This document shows positions 10,987 to 22,225 of a DNA stretch of 64,000 bases, one piece after another. Below the pieces are notes generated by a model, which saw nothing but the letters and a program-made list of their open reading frames with translations, was not told where the DNA came from and searched no databases. This DNA comes from Azolla caroliniana. Its lineage: Eukaryota; Plantae; Polypodiophyta. A program made the translations under genes and the position numbers. The stretch is taken from contig JBHGNT010000014.1 of assembly GCA_043228905.1 (NCBI GenBank), positions 9,858,001 to 9,922,000 of the forward strand. Direction: 5' to 3'. Within the stretch, counting starts at the first letter, position 1, and every line of letters begins with the position of its first letter.

Positions 10987-13961
10987 TGTTGTCCGCCGGA
11001 ATAGTAACCGACGGACAGAAGCACAAAAATATTAGAATATAGTGAAAGCGTAAGAAACGCATGTAACGGTTCACGCGGGAAGCGTGAATGGCTAAAAGAC
11101 CCTGGGTATATAAAGGACAAAAATCCTGTGTAAGAGGTAGCGTGTAATTCTGATGCATAGAGCGTTATTCTAATAGAATATTATCTTCTCTAATTTCTGT
11201 GCATATTCGTGGTTCTATCTACTGTGTTCTTTGTTCTCCGTGGCGGACTGTAATCGTAAAGGTGTAGGTGTAAGTGCGGATACTAAGTGCACTTCCTAAG
11301 GAGTTTGGTTGTAGTCGTCTCCCCTTATACGCTACTAGGATACGGGGAAGTATCCCATTACATATTACGGTACGATGGTACCATTCCTTACAACGCAGTC
11401 ACCTTAAGGTCTAGGTCGAAGGACTGACCGTAGACAGTGTTCCTAATCGGTAACACGTTTGGCATGCTTGGTGGTCTGTGTCTTCTCGCAAACGAACAAC
11501 GACGAATGGATGTTTAGCCGTAGACATCCCAGAGAACCAACATGACACGACCGACCAGTCACAAGGTCCATCACACGCCAGGCAGAGGAATGCACAAGGC
11601 AAAAACCTCGCTTTAATGACCTCAACGATATCTGTCGGAACCACAAAATCGCCTTCCCGCTCACCAAATACCTTGACGACACGCAGGAAGTTCTGTCACC
11701 ACACAAGAACGGTGGTCTTCCCTTGCCCACCGTAGCATCCAACATGGCCTTCTCCTATCCCTGCTTCAACGGCGAAACAGACGCCGCAACCCACATTCGC
11801 CTGTTCTTGAATGTTTTGAATGCAAATCACATGGCGCAGAGACTTCCAGAAGAGGTAGCGCACTAGTCCAAAATGATAGAGTTTGGATTAACGCTAGATG
11901 GTAGAGTTGCGTTTTGGCACTCGCAGATGGATCTGCCAGTAATCACGACCTTCGACCAGCTGTAGTCGGCCTTTCTGCGGTTCTTTCATCGGAGGGTGCC
12001 GCAATGTGAAATCCTCGGGCAATTCTATACCATCAAATAGTTGCGAGCCGAAACTGTCGTGGACTTCAGTTTACGTTTACAAAATCTGAGGCGGAAATTA
12101 GAACGGGGCCCGACTAAGGAGGAGGCTCAGGAGACATTTCTGGCAGCCTTATGGTGACCGATACGGACGACGCTCAACAACAATAGCGTGAAAGGAGAAA
12201 CAAATGATATGGTCATAGAACGAGCGTTGCAGCTCGAGCTGGACGAAGAAGAGGAAAGGTTTTCTATGTCCTCATTACGACAAGCGTTACCTCAAGATGA
12301 GGAACGACATTTTCGCCAAGCAATCCAATGTACGATTTGCCTCAATTCTGGACATTCCGCAGTGGAATGCAACATGCGAATCCACTGCCCAATCTTTCAC
12401 TCAAAAGCACACACGGTCGAGTAGTGTGAGTACAATATGTTGAATAGACCCACGCCCACAGTATGAAGCGTAGAAACACAACGATCACCTCGCCGTAATG
12501 ATCAAAGGCGCCAAGAAGAACGACCCCGGTATACGAATCAGAATCCACACGATGACCGGCACTACCAGAATCGCCGGAATAACAACGATTCCGAGGAAGA
12601 AGAACCGAGGATGAAGACTACTGGGGCAACCGCAGATATAATAAAGGAGGACGACGTTACGAAAACTACCGTCCGATGAACAAACATGGTGGCTCCAATG
12701 GGCCTCGTGGAAAACATCGACAGTATAGGGACCAACGGCGTTACGACGAAAGTTCGAACGATGACCGACAGTAGGAGCCGCGCCGGGACCAACAACAAGC
12801 ATCGCGGACTTTCAGAAGAATGAAACAAGACCGGGAGGAGCAAGTCACACCTGGAGAGAGGCACAAGCCACCAATTGCTGAGAAAGGCGAATCCAGCGTC
12901 CATTGTTTCGTTTGCCAACAACCCGGACATTATGGCACTCAATGTACACTCCGCAAGGGCAAGGGCCCCGTCGTCAATACGATTATGGCGGACGTTCAAC
13001 AAGTTACGACAAGACAACAAATGAAAAATGCTGATTGGGCCACGCAACATAGACGGCCCAAGCATGGCTGGAAAAAGCGAATGCGGCCAATATGAAATGC
13101 ATGCGGCAGGAGTCTGCGAACAATGTTGGGCCATTGGCGGAAGACGTAATATCTCTGGATCCCATATGGCAAGCACTGGCAGGTTGCGAAATAACATTGA
13201 CCATGGAGAAGCTACTTCAACTAGTTCCACGGTTTCGCCAAGCTATAGAGGATCGCATAACGGTTAGACCTGGGGTAAGCGTCTCCGCCAACTTTATGGA
13301 CACCAACGCTGGACCAACGGTGGTGGATCACCATAATCCAACTATTAAGTTGGTACTACACGGTCAGGAAATCACAGGATGCGTAATCGACGGAGTCTCT
13401 GGTGTCAATGTAATTAGCGCAAGGACATGCGAACAATTGGGAATTTCCGAATGGGAAGCTTGCCCGTTTTGGCTTCGCATGGCGGATACCCGCTCAGTAA
13501 GGCCTTTAGGCTTAATCTGAAAATTAGGCATCATCATCAGTGGACATTGCTTCGACATCTCAGCGGTAGTCCTCACCCTCGACGCCCTAGGAGCGTATCC
13601 TATGCTGCTTGGCAGACCTTGGCTTCATTCAGCGAATATCAAACAGATCTGGCAACATAAGTGCATCAGTTTTTGACGTGGACGCACCAAGGTTCGCGTG
13701 CCCACAGAGGAAATGGCGGCACAACCCAAGGGGATAACACCGTTATATGCGGAAGATATAAATATGTTGGATGGGGTGGATGATAAAGAATTAGAAGCAT
13801 ACCTTGACAACCACCCCCGAATCATTCCGCTATTTGAAATCGACGTAATAGAAACCGTGACGGATTATGCCACGCCTACTGCGCTCCATGACGAGGCTTA
13901 TGAACCAAACCCGGAGTCAATATGAGAATTAAGCAGAGCACGAGCGGCGTTCGAGAGGGAA

Positions 13962-14648
13962 ATGGAAATTTCACAACGAGTTGCTGCCTCAGCCCTAGAA
14001 GAAGTGAACGTAGGTACGACGTTAGACCCCCGATTCCTCTCCATCGCAAAAGAGTTACTACCGGATCAGAGAGACGCGATGATAGGACTGCTCAGGAAGT
14101 ATAAAGATGTGTTCACTTGGTCCCACGAGGACATGAAGGGATTAGATCCGATGTTCTATCAACATAAGATCAATTTAGCAACTGATGCGAAACTAGTCCA
14201 GCAGCGTCGATACCGCATGAATCCAAATTATGCGGCTTGCGTAAAAGAGGAAATTGACAAACTTCTCAAGGCCGGATTCATTCGACCAGTCAAGAAAGCT
14301 ACATGGCTAAGCCCGATAGTAGTCGTACCAAAGAAAAATGGCAAAATACGTGTGTGCGTGGACTACCGGAAATTGAATGCCGTAACCATTATAGACGCAT
14401 TCCCTTTACCTTTCACCGACAACGTACTGGATGCAGTCGCAGGGCATGACATGTACAACTTTTTGGATGACTTCAGTGGGTACAATCAAGTACGCATGCA
14501 CCCCGACGACCAAGAGAAGACGACGTTTGTCACGGAATGGGGAGTCTATGTCGTGGTCGTCATGATGTTCGGGCTAAAGACGACGCCGACTACATTTCAA
14601 CGGACAATCACGGAGATTTTTTGGGAATATATACTTGCCTTCATGTAG
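13962..14648 (+). pseudogene. pol: Reverse transcriptase fragment of element A
   Basis: WLSPIVVVPKKNGKIRVCVDYRKLN, FSGYNQVRM, MMFGLK; stops on both sides. Confidence 0.85.
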
Positions 14649-15837
14649 GTCTTTTTAGACGATTTTGCGGTATATGGGACAACAACTGAACATTTTACGC
14701 ACCTACAGCTTTGCTTGGAGTGCTGCCGAACTTCACGCTTAAGCCTGAATCCCACGAAATGCGGCTTCGGCGTCACCAGCGGGGCCCTCCTCGGCCACCT
14801 AGTCAGTAAGGAGGGATAGCGGTCGATCCAAACAAAATCTCCGTGATTACTCACGCAAAGACGCTGACAAATGCCAAAGCACTAAGCCGGTTTATGGGAC
14901 AAATACGATGGCACAGTCAGATGATATGCTATTTGGCGGATTTCGCCACACTATTACATGCCGTTGTCCACCGTACTCCTTTCAAATGGACAACAACGGA
15001 AGAAAAGACGTATGATGCGCTAAAAATAATGCTAATGCAGGCACCAGTCGTACAACCACTAGATTGGGCGAAACCATTTCACGTTTTTGTGGATGCCTTG
15101 GATATAGCAATAGGTAGTGCGTTGATGCAACTCACGGAGCCGAATTGGTACTGACTAGTGTACTACGCTAGTTGGAAGCTATGAACGGTTGAGCGTAACT
15201 ATTCCACAATGGAACGTGAAGAGTTGGGTATGATATACAACATCAATAAATTCCAGCATTATCTGCTAGGGTGAAAATTCACATTTGACGTGGATCATAC
15301 GACATTGCTATATCTGGTGGGGAAACATGCACTAACAGGAAAATTGGCTAGATGGATGTTGTTGCTCCAAGAATTCGACTTTGTAATTCAGCACTGACTA
15401 GGTACGCAACACGCGGTGGCAGATTTCTTGAGCAGATTAGATAATGGAGAAATGGTGCAAAAAGATGATGACGACTTTCCAGATGCAGACATCCTGCGTA
15501 TAACAACTTTAGCAGCAAGGAAATGACCTACTTTCTGACCACGGGGTTACCGCCACCACAATTAAGGACGGACGAGAAAAAACCGCTGGCCGTCCGGAGT
15601 CGTAATTTCTGTTTAGTTGAAGACGTCCTATATCACAAAGGCAGTGACGACATCTGGAGACACAGAATACGGTAGGATGAGAAGGCATCAGTTTTACGCG
15701 AAGCTCACTGTGGTACGTCGGGAGGACATTACGCAGGCGATGTTACGACCCAGAAAATTTGGCAAACAGGACTTTGGTGGCCGACTACGCAAAAGGATGC
15801 GTATGAATATTGCAAACAATGCGATTTATGCCAACGG

Positions 15838-16203
15838 ATGGGCCAACCCACGGAAGTCGCGAGAATGCCACATCAACCGGTGTTGCCGTTGGATCCTTTC
15901 CAAAAGTGGGGGCTGGATTTTGTGGGACCCTTTACAGCGGTGGCTGCCCTAACCGGCAATAAGTATATCCTGGTGGCTACGGATTACTGCACCAAGTGGG
16001 TAGAAGCGGAACACTTACGTGAGAATACCATGGCAGTCCTGACGAAATTCCTTTACGAACATATTTGGTGTCGTTTTGGCTGCCCTATTGAGCTCATTAG
16101 TGACCAAGGGAGTCACTTTTTGAATACGGTCATCAATGAACTGACCCAACACTACCCTATGGTCCACAAAAAGAGTACGCTGTATTACCCACAGGCAAAT
16201 GGC
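15838..16203 (+). pseudogene. pol: Integrase core of element A, truncated
   Basis: PFQKWGLDFVGP ... SDQGSHF ... YYPQANG, then an abrupt join to the 3' LTR region. Confidence 0.85.
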
Positions 16204-16563
16204 GTGCCAGGTGTTGTCTGTCGAAATAGTAACCGATGGACAGAAGCGCAGAAATATTAGAATATAGTAAAAGCATAAGAAACGCATGTAACGGTTCACG
16301 CGGGAAGCGTGAACGGCTAAAAGACCCTGGGTATATAAAGGGCAGAAATCCTCAGTAAGAGGTAACACGTAATTCTGATGCATAGAGCGTTATTCTAATA
16401 GAATACTATCTTCTCTGATTTCTGTACATATTTGTGGTTCTATCTACTGTGTTCTTTGTTCTCTGTGGCGGACTGTAATATGATGCGTAACCTAGTCCGT
16501 AGACTGGATGCATAAATCGGTACGCACAACATGGCCGTATCGGTGTGAAAACCACGAGGCTGT

Positions 16564-19500
16564 TGTCGTGAAGAATTTTGGCCAGAGACTGAAACCGGGA
16601 AATATTGGCTACATCGATGGGGTGCAGCATGTGCGATCACCCTTGTACATTTAGTGTGAATAACGAGGGCGCCTTTATGGCGCCGAAGAGTAATCAAGTC
16701 GGGACAAGAATCCCATGTAATAAGGGATTTATCCCACAATGTTACGGATCCCTCTCCTTGTTCTATAAAAGGAAGGGAGCGCCCTTGGTGAAGGGGTTGC
16801 CCATTTGGTGTTAGAGGCTATACCGTTAGTTTTAGGGTTAGTCTCTTCTGCTTCTTTTTCTCCTTCTTCTTCTTTTCCTTCTCGAGTACTCGGGGGGCAG
16901 TTATGGTGGGAAATCTGTTAGGTTAACTCCTCTTCTTCTGAGCCTACCCGGCTCGTGGCCGGGGTTGTATCTCTCCCTATTGTAGGTTTGTTTCTGCTCG
17001 CCCCCCCGGCGCAAGACCCCGCTCCGCGCGACAAGCCCGAGAGCTCCTCGACCGGCGGCTTGGCAGTAGACGACTGTTGCAACCTGAGCTACTTAGGTCG
17101 GGCTCAATGCCAATATTGTATCTTATTCTTGTAATATATGTGTGGAGGGTTCTGCGTATTGGTGTCTGTGTGGGTGTTTTGGTGTTCACTTACCTCCGTT
17201 TCTGTACATAAGGGCGTGAGTTGGGTCGGCGTGGTGTGTGTGTGTGTGTGTGAGTCGGTGTCAAGCACTCTCTCTCTCTCTTTTCCCCTTCACTTGCTTC
17301 CGGTGTGCTTCTGGGATGCCCCGGAAATGGTGAAGCACGACTTCCTATGCTCCGTCACTCCCTAGTCCAAGACCCCCGTGGTCCTACCTGGAATTCTACA
17401 CGTACCCGCGAAACTTCGCGACATCATTGGTGGACCCAACGTGAAAGGCGGCAAGGGAGGATGGAGTCGGAAGATGATGACCTAGCGGAGAAGAGCCCTC
17501 CACGCGGATTCTGGAGACTCCGGTGGTCGAGCCCGTGTGCCGACATGAGACTGGAGAGAAGGAAGGCGCCGACGAGGAGTCCTGGCACGATGCCAACGAA
17601 GAGGGATGGGAAACGTCCTGTGCGGAGGCGAAGGACGGAGGCGGCACGGAAAGATCGGCATTCTGATTCGGATGGAGCGTGATCCGGATGTGGATGACTC
17701 GACCGAAACCGGCCCAAGGAGCGAAAGACAAGGGACGGACTGTAGAGCCCGATCGGTAGGGCTCGGTTTGGTACAATAGTTCCGGGGTGGAATGTTGGGA
17801 GACAGGTCCCTCCGGATGGGAAGGGAGAAGAACAGTGCCGACGAAACGGTACGAGGAGTACCCGGCTACGGAGAGCCGGATGATATAGACCCGGTATGAA
17901 CCGGACGAGGAGTACCTGGCTACGGAGAGCCGGATGATACAGACCCGGTATGAACCGGACGAGGAGTACCCGGCTACGGAGAGCCGAATGATACAGACCC
18001 GGTATGAACCGGACGAGGAGTACTCGGCTACGGAGAGCCGGATGGTGCAGGCCTGGTATGAATCGGATGAGGAGTACCCGGCTACGGAGAGCCGGATGGT
18101 GCAGGCCCGGTATGAACCGGATGAGGAGTACCCGGCTATGGAGAGCCGGATGGTGCAGGCCCAGTATGAACCGGAGGAAGAGACATATTCGTAAATATGT
18201 TTCTGAGAGCCCAATGTGGCTATATTTGTAAATAGCCGAAAAGTCATATTAGTATAAATATGACTTAGGGCAAACTAATATGCAGTGGTAGTTATTCTTC
18301 CTTGTTGGTGCAAGAAGAAAAGAGAGCGCGAAACTGTACAGAGAGAGAGAGAGAGAGAACGAGGCTGTTGCCTCTGTTGTAACCGCCGCCTGTGGCGAAG
18401 AGCGTGAGTCCAAGGTCGTTGCCTCCGAGAACTCACTGTTTTGTACATTCATACATAGTGACAGTTTGCAGCCTGTGGGCTGCCGTGGTTTTTCCTCCAG
18501 TTTGGGGTTTTCCACGTTAACCTCCTGTGTAGTGTGTGTGTATCTTCCTCTCCTTTGTATCGTGTTGTATTTCCCGTTTTTCTGTGTATGAAAAGAATCT
18601 CGGTTGTGGCCGAGCGTTGCGCATAAGGAACGTTGGGTTCTCGTCACGGAAGAGGGTGCGAAACAAATTGCCCTCTTTTACATGAGGACACAAGCCGGCC
18701 AGGTGAAGGCCGCAAATCGGGAAGCTAGCGATCGAGGTTGCGGAGAGACCGGCAGGTTTCAGACACTGCTGCCCGAAACTCCGGACATTGGAGAATCAAG
18801 TGCAGGCGGCACTTGATCGATCGAAGTCCAGATGCTTCTCACCGAACGTGCTTGGGGAGCGGTACCCCGAACGAGCGTCCACAAATCATTATAGGACGGA
18901 AACACCACGTCTTATCCGGAGACTCAGGCAGCCGGCAACGAGCGCCGGCGTGAGACCTGGAGAGATGGGAGATGGAGGCGGGTACGCGAGAAGGAGGGCG
19001 AAGAGTTCAAAAGAAGCATAGGTGAGTGAGGATGAAAGCAACCAATCCTACGGGATCCCCACACCGATCTAGAGACTCCGGCAGTTCGGCCAATGTGGCA
19101 ATGTGAGACCTAGAGAGAAGGACGGCCAATGCAAACAGACCTTGACGATAACAGGGAGGATGTGTTTCTGGATAACCAATCCGGAAGGAAGGAAATCGGT
19201 ACGTCGGTACCATGGGAGAGGGTGCGGAGCAAACCGCCCTCTCGGCATGCGGAGAAGGACGACCTGGGACAAGGTCGGGAAGACAAACCGGAGGCCCAAG
19301 GAGGATCCTTCACACCGGATCTAGAGACTTCGGCAGTTGGCAACGCGGTCGACGTAAGAACAAGATACTGACGATGGCAGCAAGGGGACAAGGGCGGAAA
19401 ACGGCAAAAGAGGAAGTCCCACGAAGACACTCACACCGATCCGGAGACTCCGGTGGTAGGCTAGTGAGAGCCGGCGTGAGACCTAGGGATATGGACGGTG

Positions 19501-21614
19501 GCGGCAGGAGAACGTGATTGGACGATAGGAAGCGACGAACAACAAGGAGGTATGAGGCCGGCGAGGCGGCTACGGACCATTTCGGATCTTCTGGCAAGGT
19601 TAGTGGGCATAAGGAAGTCCGGTCCTACAAGATCCCCACACCGAACTAGAGACTCCGGCAGTTCGGCCAATGTGGCAACATGAGACCGAGAGAGAAGGTT
19701 GGTGGTGGCGGGAAACGGGACCCGACAACACGAAGGCGGGACCCAGCTATGCGGAAGACACGAGGAGAGTCGCGAAGGACTTCGACAAAAGACACCCCGA
19801 ATTTCGGAAAGCAGAGAAACGGAGTGCGGTCCTATGGGACCGTCACATCGATCCGGAGACGCCGACGGCCGGCTAACGGGAGTCGGCGTGAGATCTAGGG
19901 AGAAGGATGGTGGCGGCAGGGAACGAGATCCGGTGACACGAGATAGTGGATCAGGAGTCGGTAAGACGGGGGCCAGACGAAGTGTGAAACCCTTACCGGC
20001 CGATCACGGTTTCGGAAGGAGCTGGTAGGGGCAAACACGGGGAGGTGTGTCGGGCCGGAAAGGCACACTTGGGGAGGAACAAGAGTCTCTCAAGTGGCCA
20101 TCGCGGGCCGGATCGAAGCGTGACTACGGGACGGTGTTCGGCACGGGCGGTGCCGAACAAAGGAAGCAGAAGACGACACAAGGGAGGTGCCGGGAATGAG
20201 GTGTCGGGTGCATAGTGGACTGCACAGGGTCGGAGTCAGGGGATGACAAGGGAGTCCGGAGGAGGATCCTCCACACTCGCTTCGTAGATCTCGGCAGCTC
20301 AGTCAGAGTAGCGAAGACTGACACGGCAAGCCCGGGATGACAAGCTGGTGGGGGCGAGGGGACGACGGCAAGCGGAAGACTCAGGAGCTGTTGCAGCAGC
20401 GGAAGACGGAAAGGGCCAAGCGGGCTACTACGGGGTGTTCCTCGAATGTGGAGGACACCGGTATGCGGATGAGTGGCGATGCACGATCTGGCTGGGAAAG
20501 GGGCCGATAGGGCGTGCAAAGAACCGGAGTGCAGCACAGGTAGTGCCAAACAACGGACGAGGATATGCGGCACACGGAGGTGTCGGAGCGGAAAGGCGAG
20601 CGCGAAGATGGGTTGCGTGGTTTGGAGGTAGCGCGAAAAAGGCCAGAGAAGGATCCTCCACACCGTTCTGGAGACCTTGGCGGTTCGAGCCTACATGGCG
20701 ACGTAAGACCATGGAGAAGGAAGGTGGCAGCGAGAGGACAAAGGCAATGCGAAACAACATGGGACGGCAATCAGGACAACACGAATGGTCGATGAAGGCC
20801 AAGCGGGCCACTACAGGCATTCCTCAAGCGAAGGACATCGGACGTATGTCGGAGAGCGGAGCGTGCATACAGCCGAACAAGGGCCTGCGGAAGTACGCAT
20901 ACTACGGAGATCACGGTGAAGGACACATCGATGGGTCGAACGAGCCTACGGTGTCGTAGTGTAATTCGCACACTACGTGAAAAATTACATTTTTGGTTTC
21001 TCCGGATAGGATATGGAGGGGCGCCTTTATGGCGCCGAAGAGTAATCAAGTCGGGACAAGAATCCCATGTAATAAGGGATTTATTCCACAATGCTATGGA
21101 TCCCTCTCCTTGTTCTATAAAAGGAAGGAGCGCTCTTGCTGAAGGGGTTGCCCATTTTGTGTTAGAGGGTATACCGTTAGTTTTAGGGTTAGTCTCTTCT
21201 GCTTCTTTTTCTCCTTCTTCTTCTTTTCCTTCTCGAGTACTCGAGCGGCAGTTATGGCGGGAAATCTGTTAGGTTAACTCCTCTTCTTCTTAGCGTACCC
21301 GGCTCGTGGCCGGGGTTGTATCTCTCCCTATTGTAGGTTTGTTTTTGCTCGCCCCCCTGGCGCAAGACCCCGCTCCGCGCGACAAGCCCGAGAGCTCCTC
21401 GACCGGCGGCTTGGCAGTAGACGACTGTTGCAACCTGAGCTACTTAGGTCTGGCTCGATGCCAATATTGTATCTTATTCTTGTAATATATGTGTGGAGGG
21501 TTCTGCGTATTGGTGTCTGTGTGGGTGTTTTGGTGTTCTCTTACCTCTATTTCTGTACATAAGGGCAGGAGTTGGGTCGGCGTGTTGTGTGTGTGTGTGT
21601 GAGTCGGTGTCAAG

Positions 21615-21668
<54 letters not shown>

Positions 21669-21802
21669 TCGGTTGCTTCCGGTGTGCTTCTGGGATGCCC
21701 TGGAAATGGTGAAGCACGACTTCCTATGCTCCGTCACTCCCTAGTTCAAGACCCCCGTGGTTCCGCCTGGAATCCTACACATACCCGCGAAACTTCGCGA
21801 CA
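16564..21802 (+). mobile_element. Non-autonomous LTR element (LARD-like) of the Trp-primed family
   Basis: LTRs 16564-17423 and 20952-21802 end CGCGACA; PBS TGGTGGACCCAACGTGAA 17428-17445; 4-bp TSD CTGT; non-coding GC-rich interior with dispersed repeats. Confidence 0.85.
17793..18646 (+). repeat. Solo LTR with a 54-bp tandem array
   Basis: TGTTGG...CGTCA; TSD TGGAA/CGGAA; homologous to 43917-44617 and 59078-59646; about six 54-bp units at ~17850-18180. Confidence 0.88.
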
Positions 21803-22225
21803 CTGTTGGGAAGATATTCCTCGTAAGGAATAATTTTGGGAGTTAGTGTAGCAGGCTCATTTATGAGCGGTCAAGTACTGTCATTACTTGTGTTAGCCCG
21901 ATTGTCACTGCTTGTATAAAAGGTGCTCACTGAGCACAGTGTATGTACAGAGAGTCATTATTTTGAATCTAAGTTTTCTGTTGTTTGCTCTCTCTCTCTC
22001 TCTCTCTCTCTGTCTTTCCATCTCCATCTCTGCGTTTTCTGTGTTTTACCGAACTGTCTCATTCCTCTGAACTGCGTACTCTGTGTGTACGCACACGCTT
22101 CCGCACAACGTATTCTTTTACATGGTATCAGAGCGCGAGGGTTGAAGTCCTCTGCAGCCGACAAGAAATGTCTGTGACGAAACAGAGTTGAAGTTGTTCC
22201 CTTCGAAGAAGAAAAAGACAATACT

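Larger units (their letters stand above)
10987..16478 (+). mobile_element. Non-chromovirus Ty3/gypsy element A (gag-PR-RT-RH-truncated INT) with both LTRs
   Basis: 5' LTR 10987-11455; PBS TGGCATGCTTGGTGG 11460-11474; knuckle CFVCQQPGHYGTQC; protease VIDGVSGVN; RT VCVDYRKLN and FLDD; INT WGLDFVGP, SDQGSHF, YYPQANG; 3' LTR copy 16212-16478 (truncated). Confidence 0.9.

Noticed and set aside
17850-18180. Regular repeats that could suggest a CRISPR array or a repeat protein (MIQTRYEPDEEYPATESR)n
   Set aside because: Contiguous 54-bp tandem units without unique spacers, inside a TSD-flanked solo LTR. The ORFs are a by-product of the unit length.
21617-21666. (CT)n expansion in one LTR copy
   Set aside because: Ordinary microsatellite slippage.
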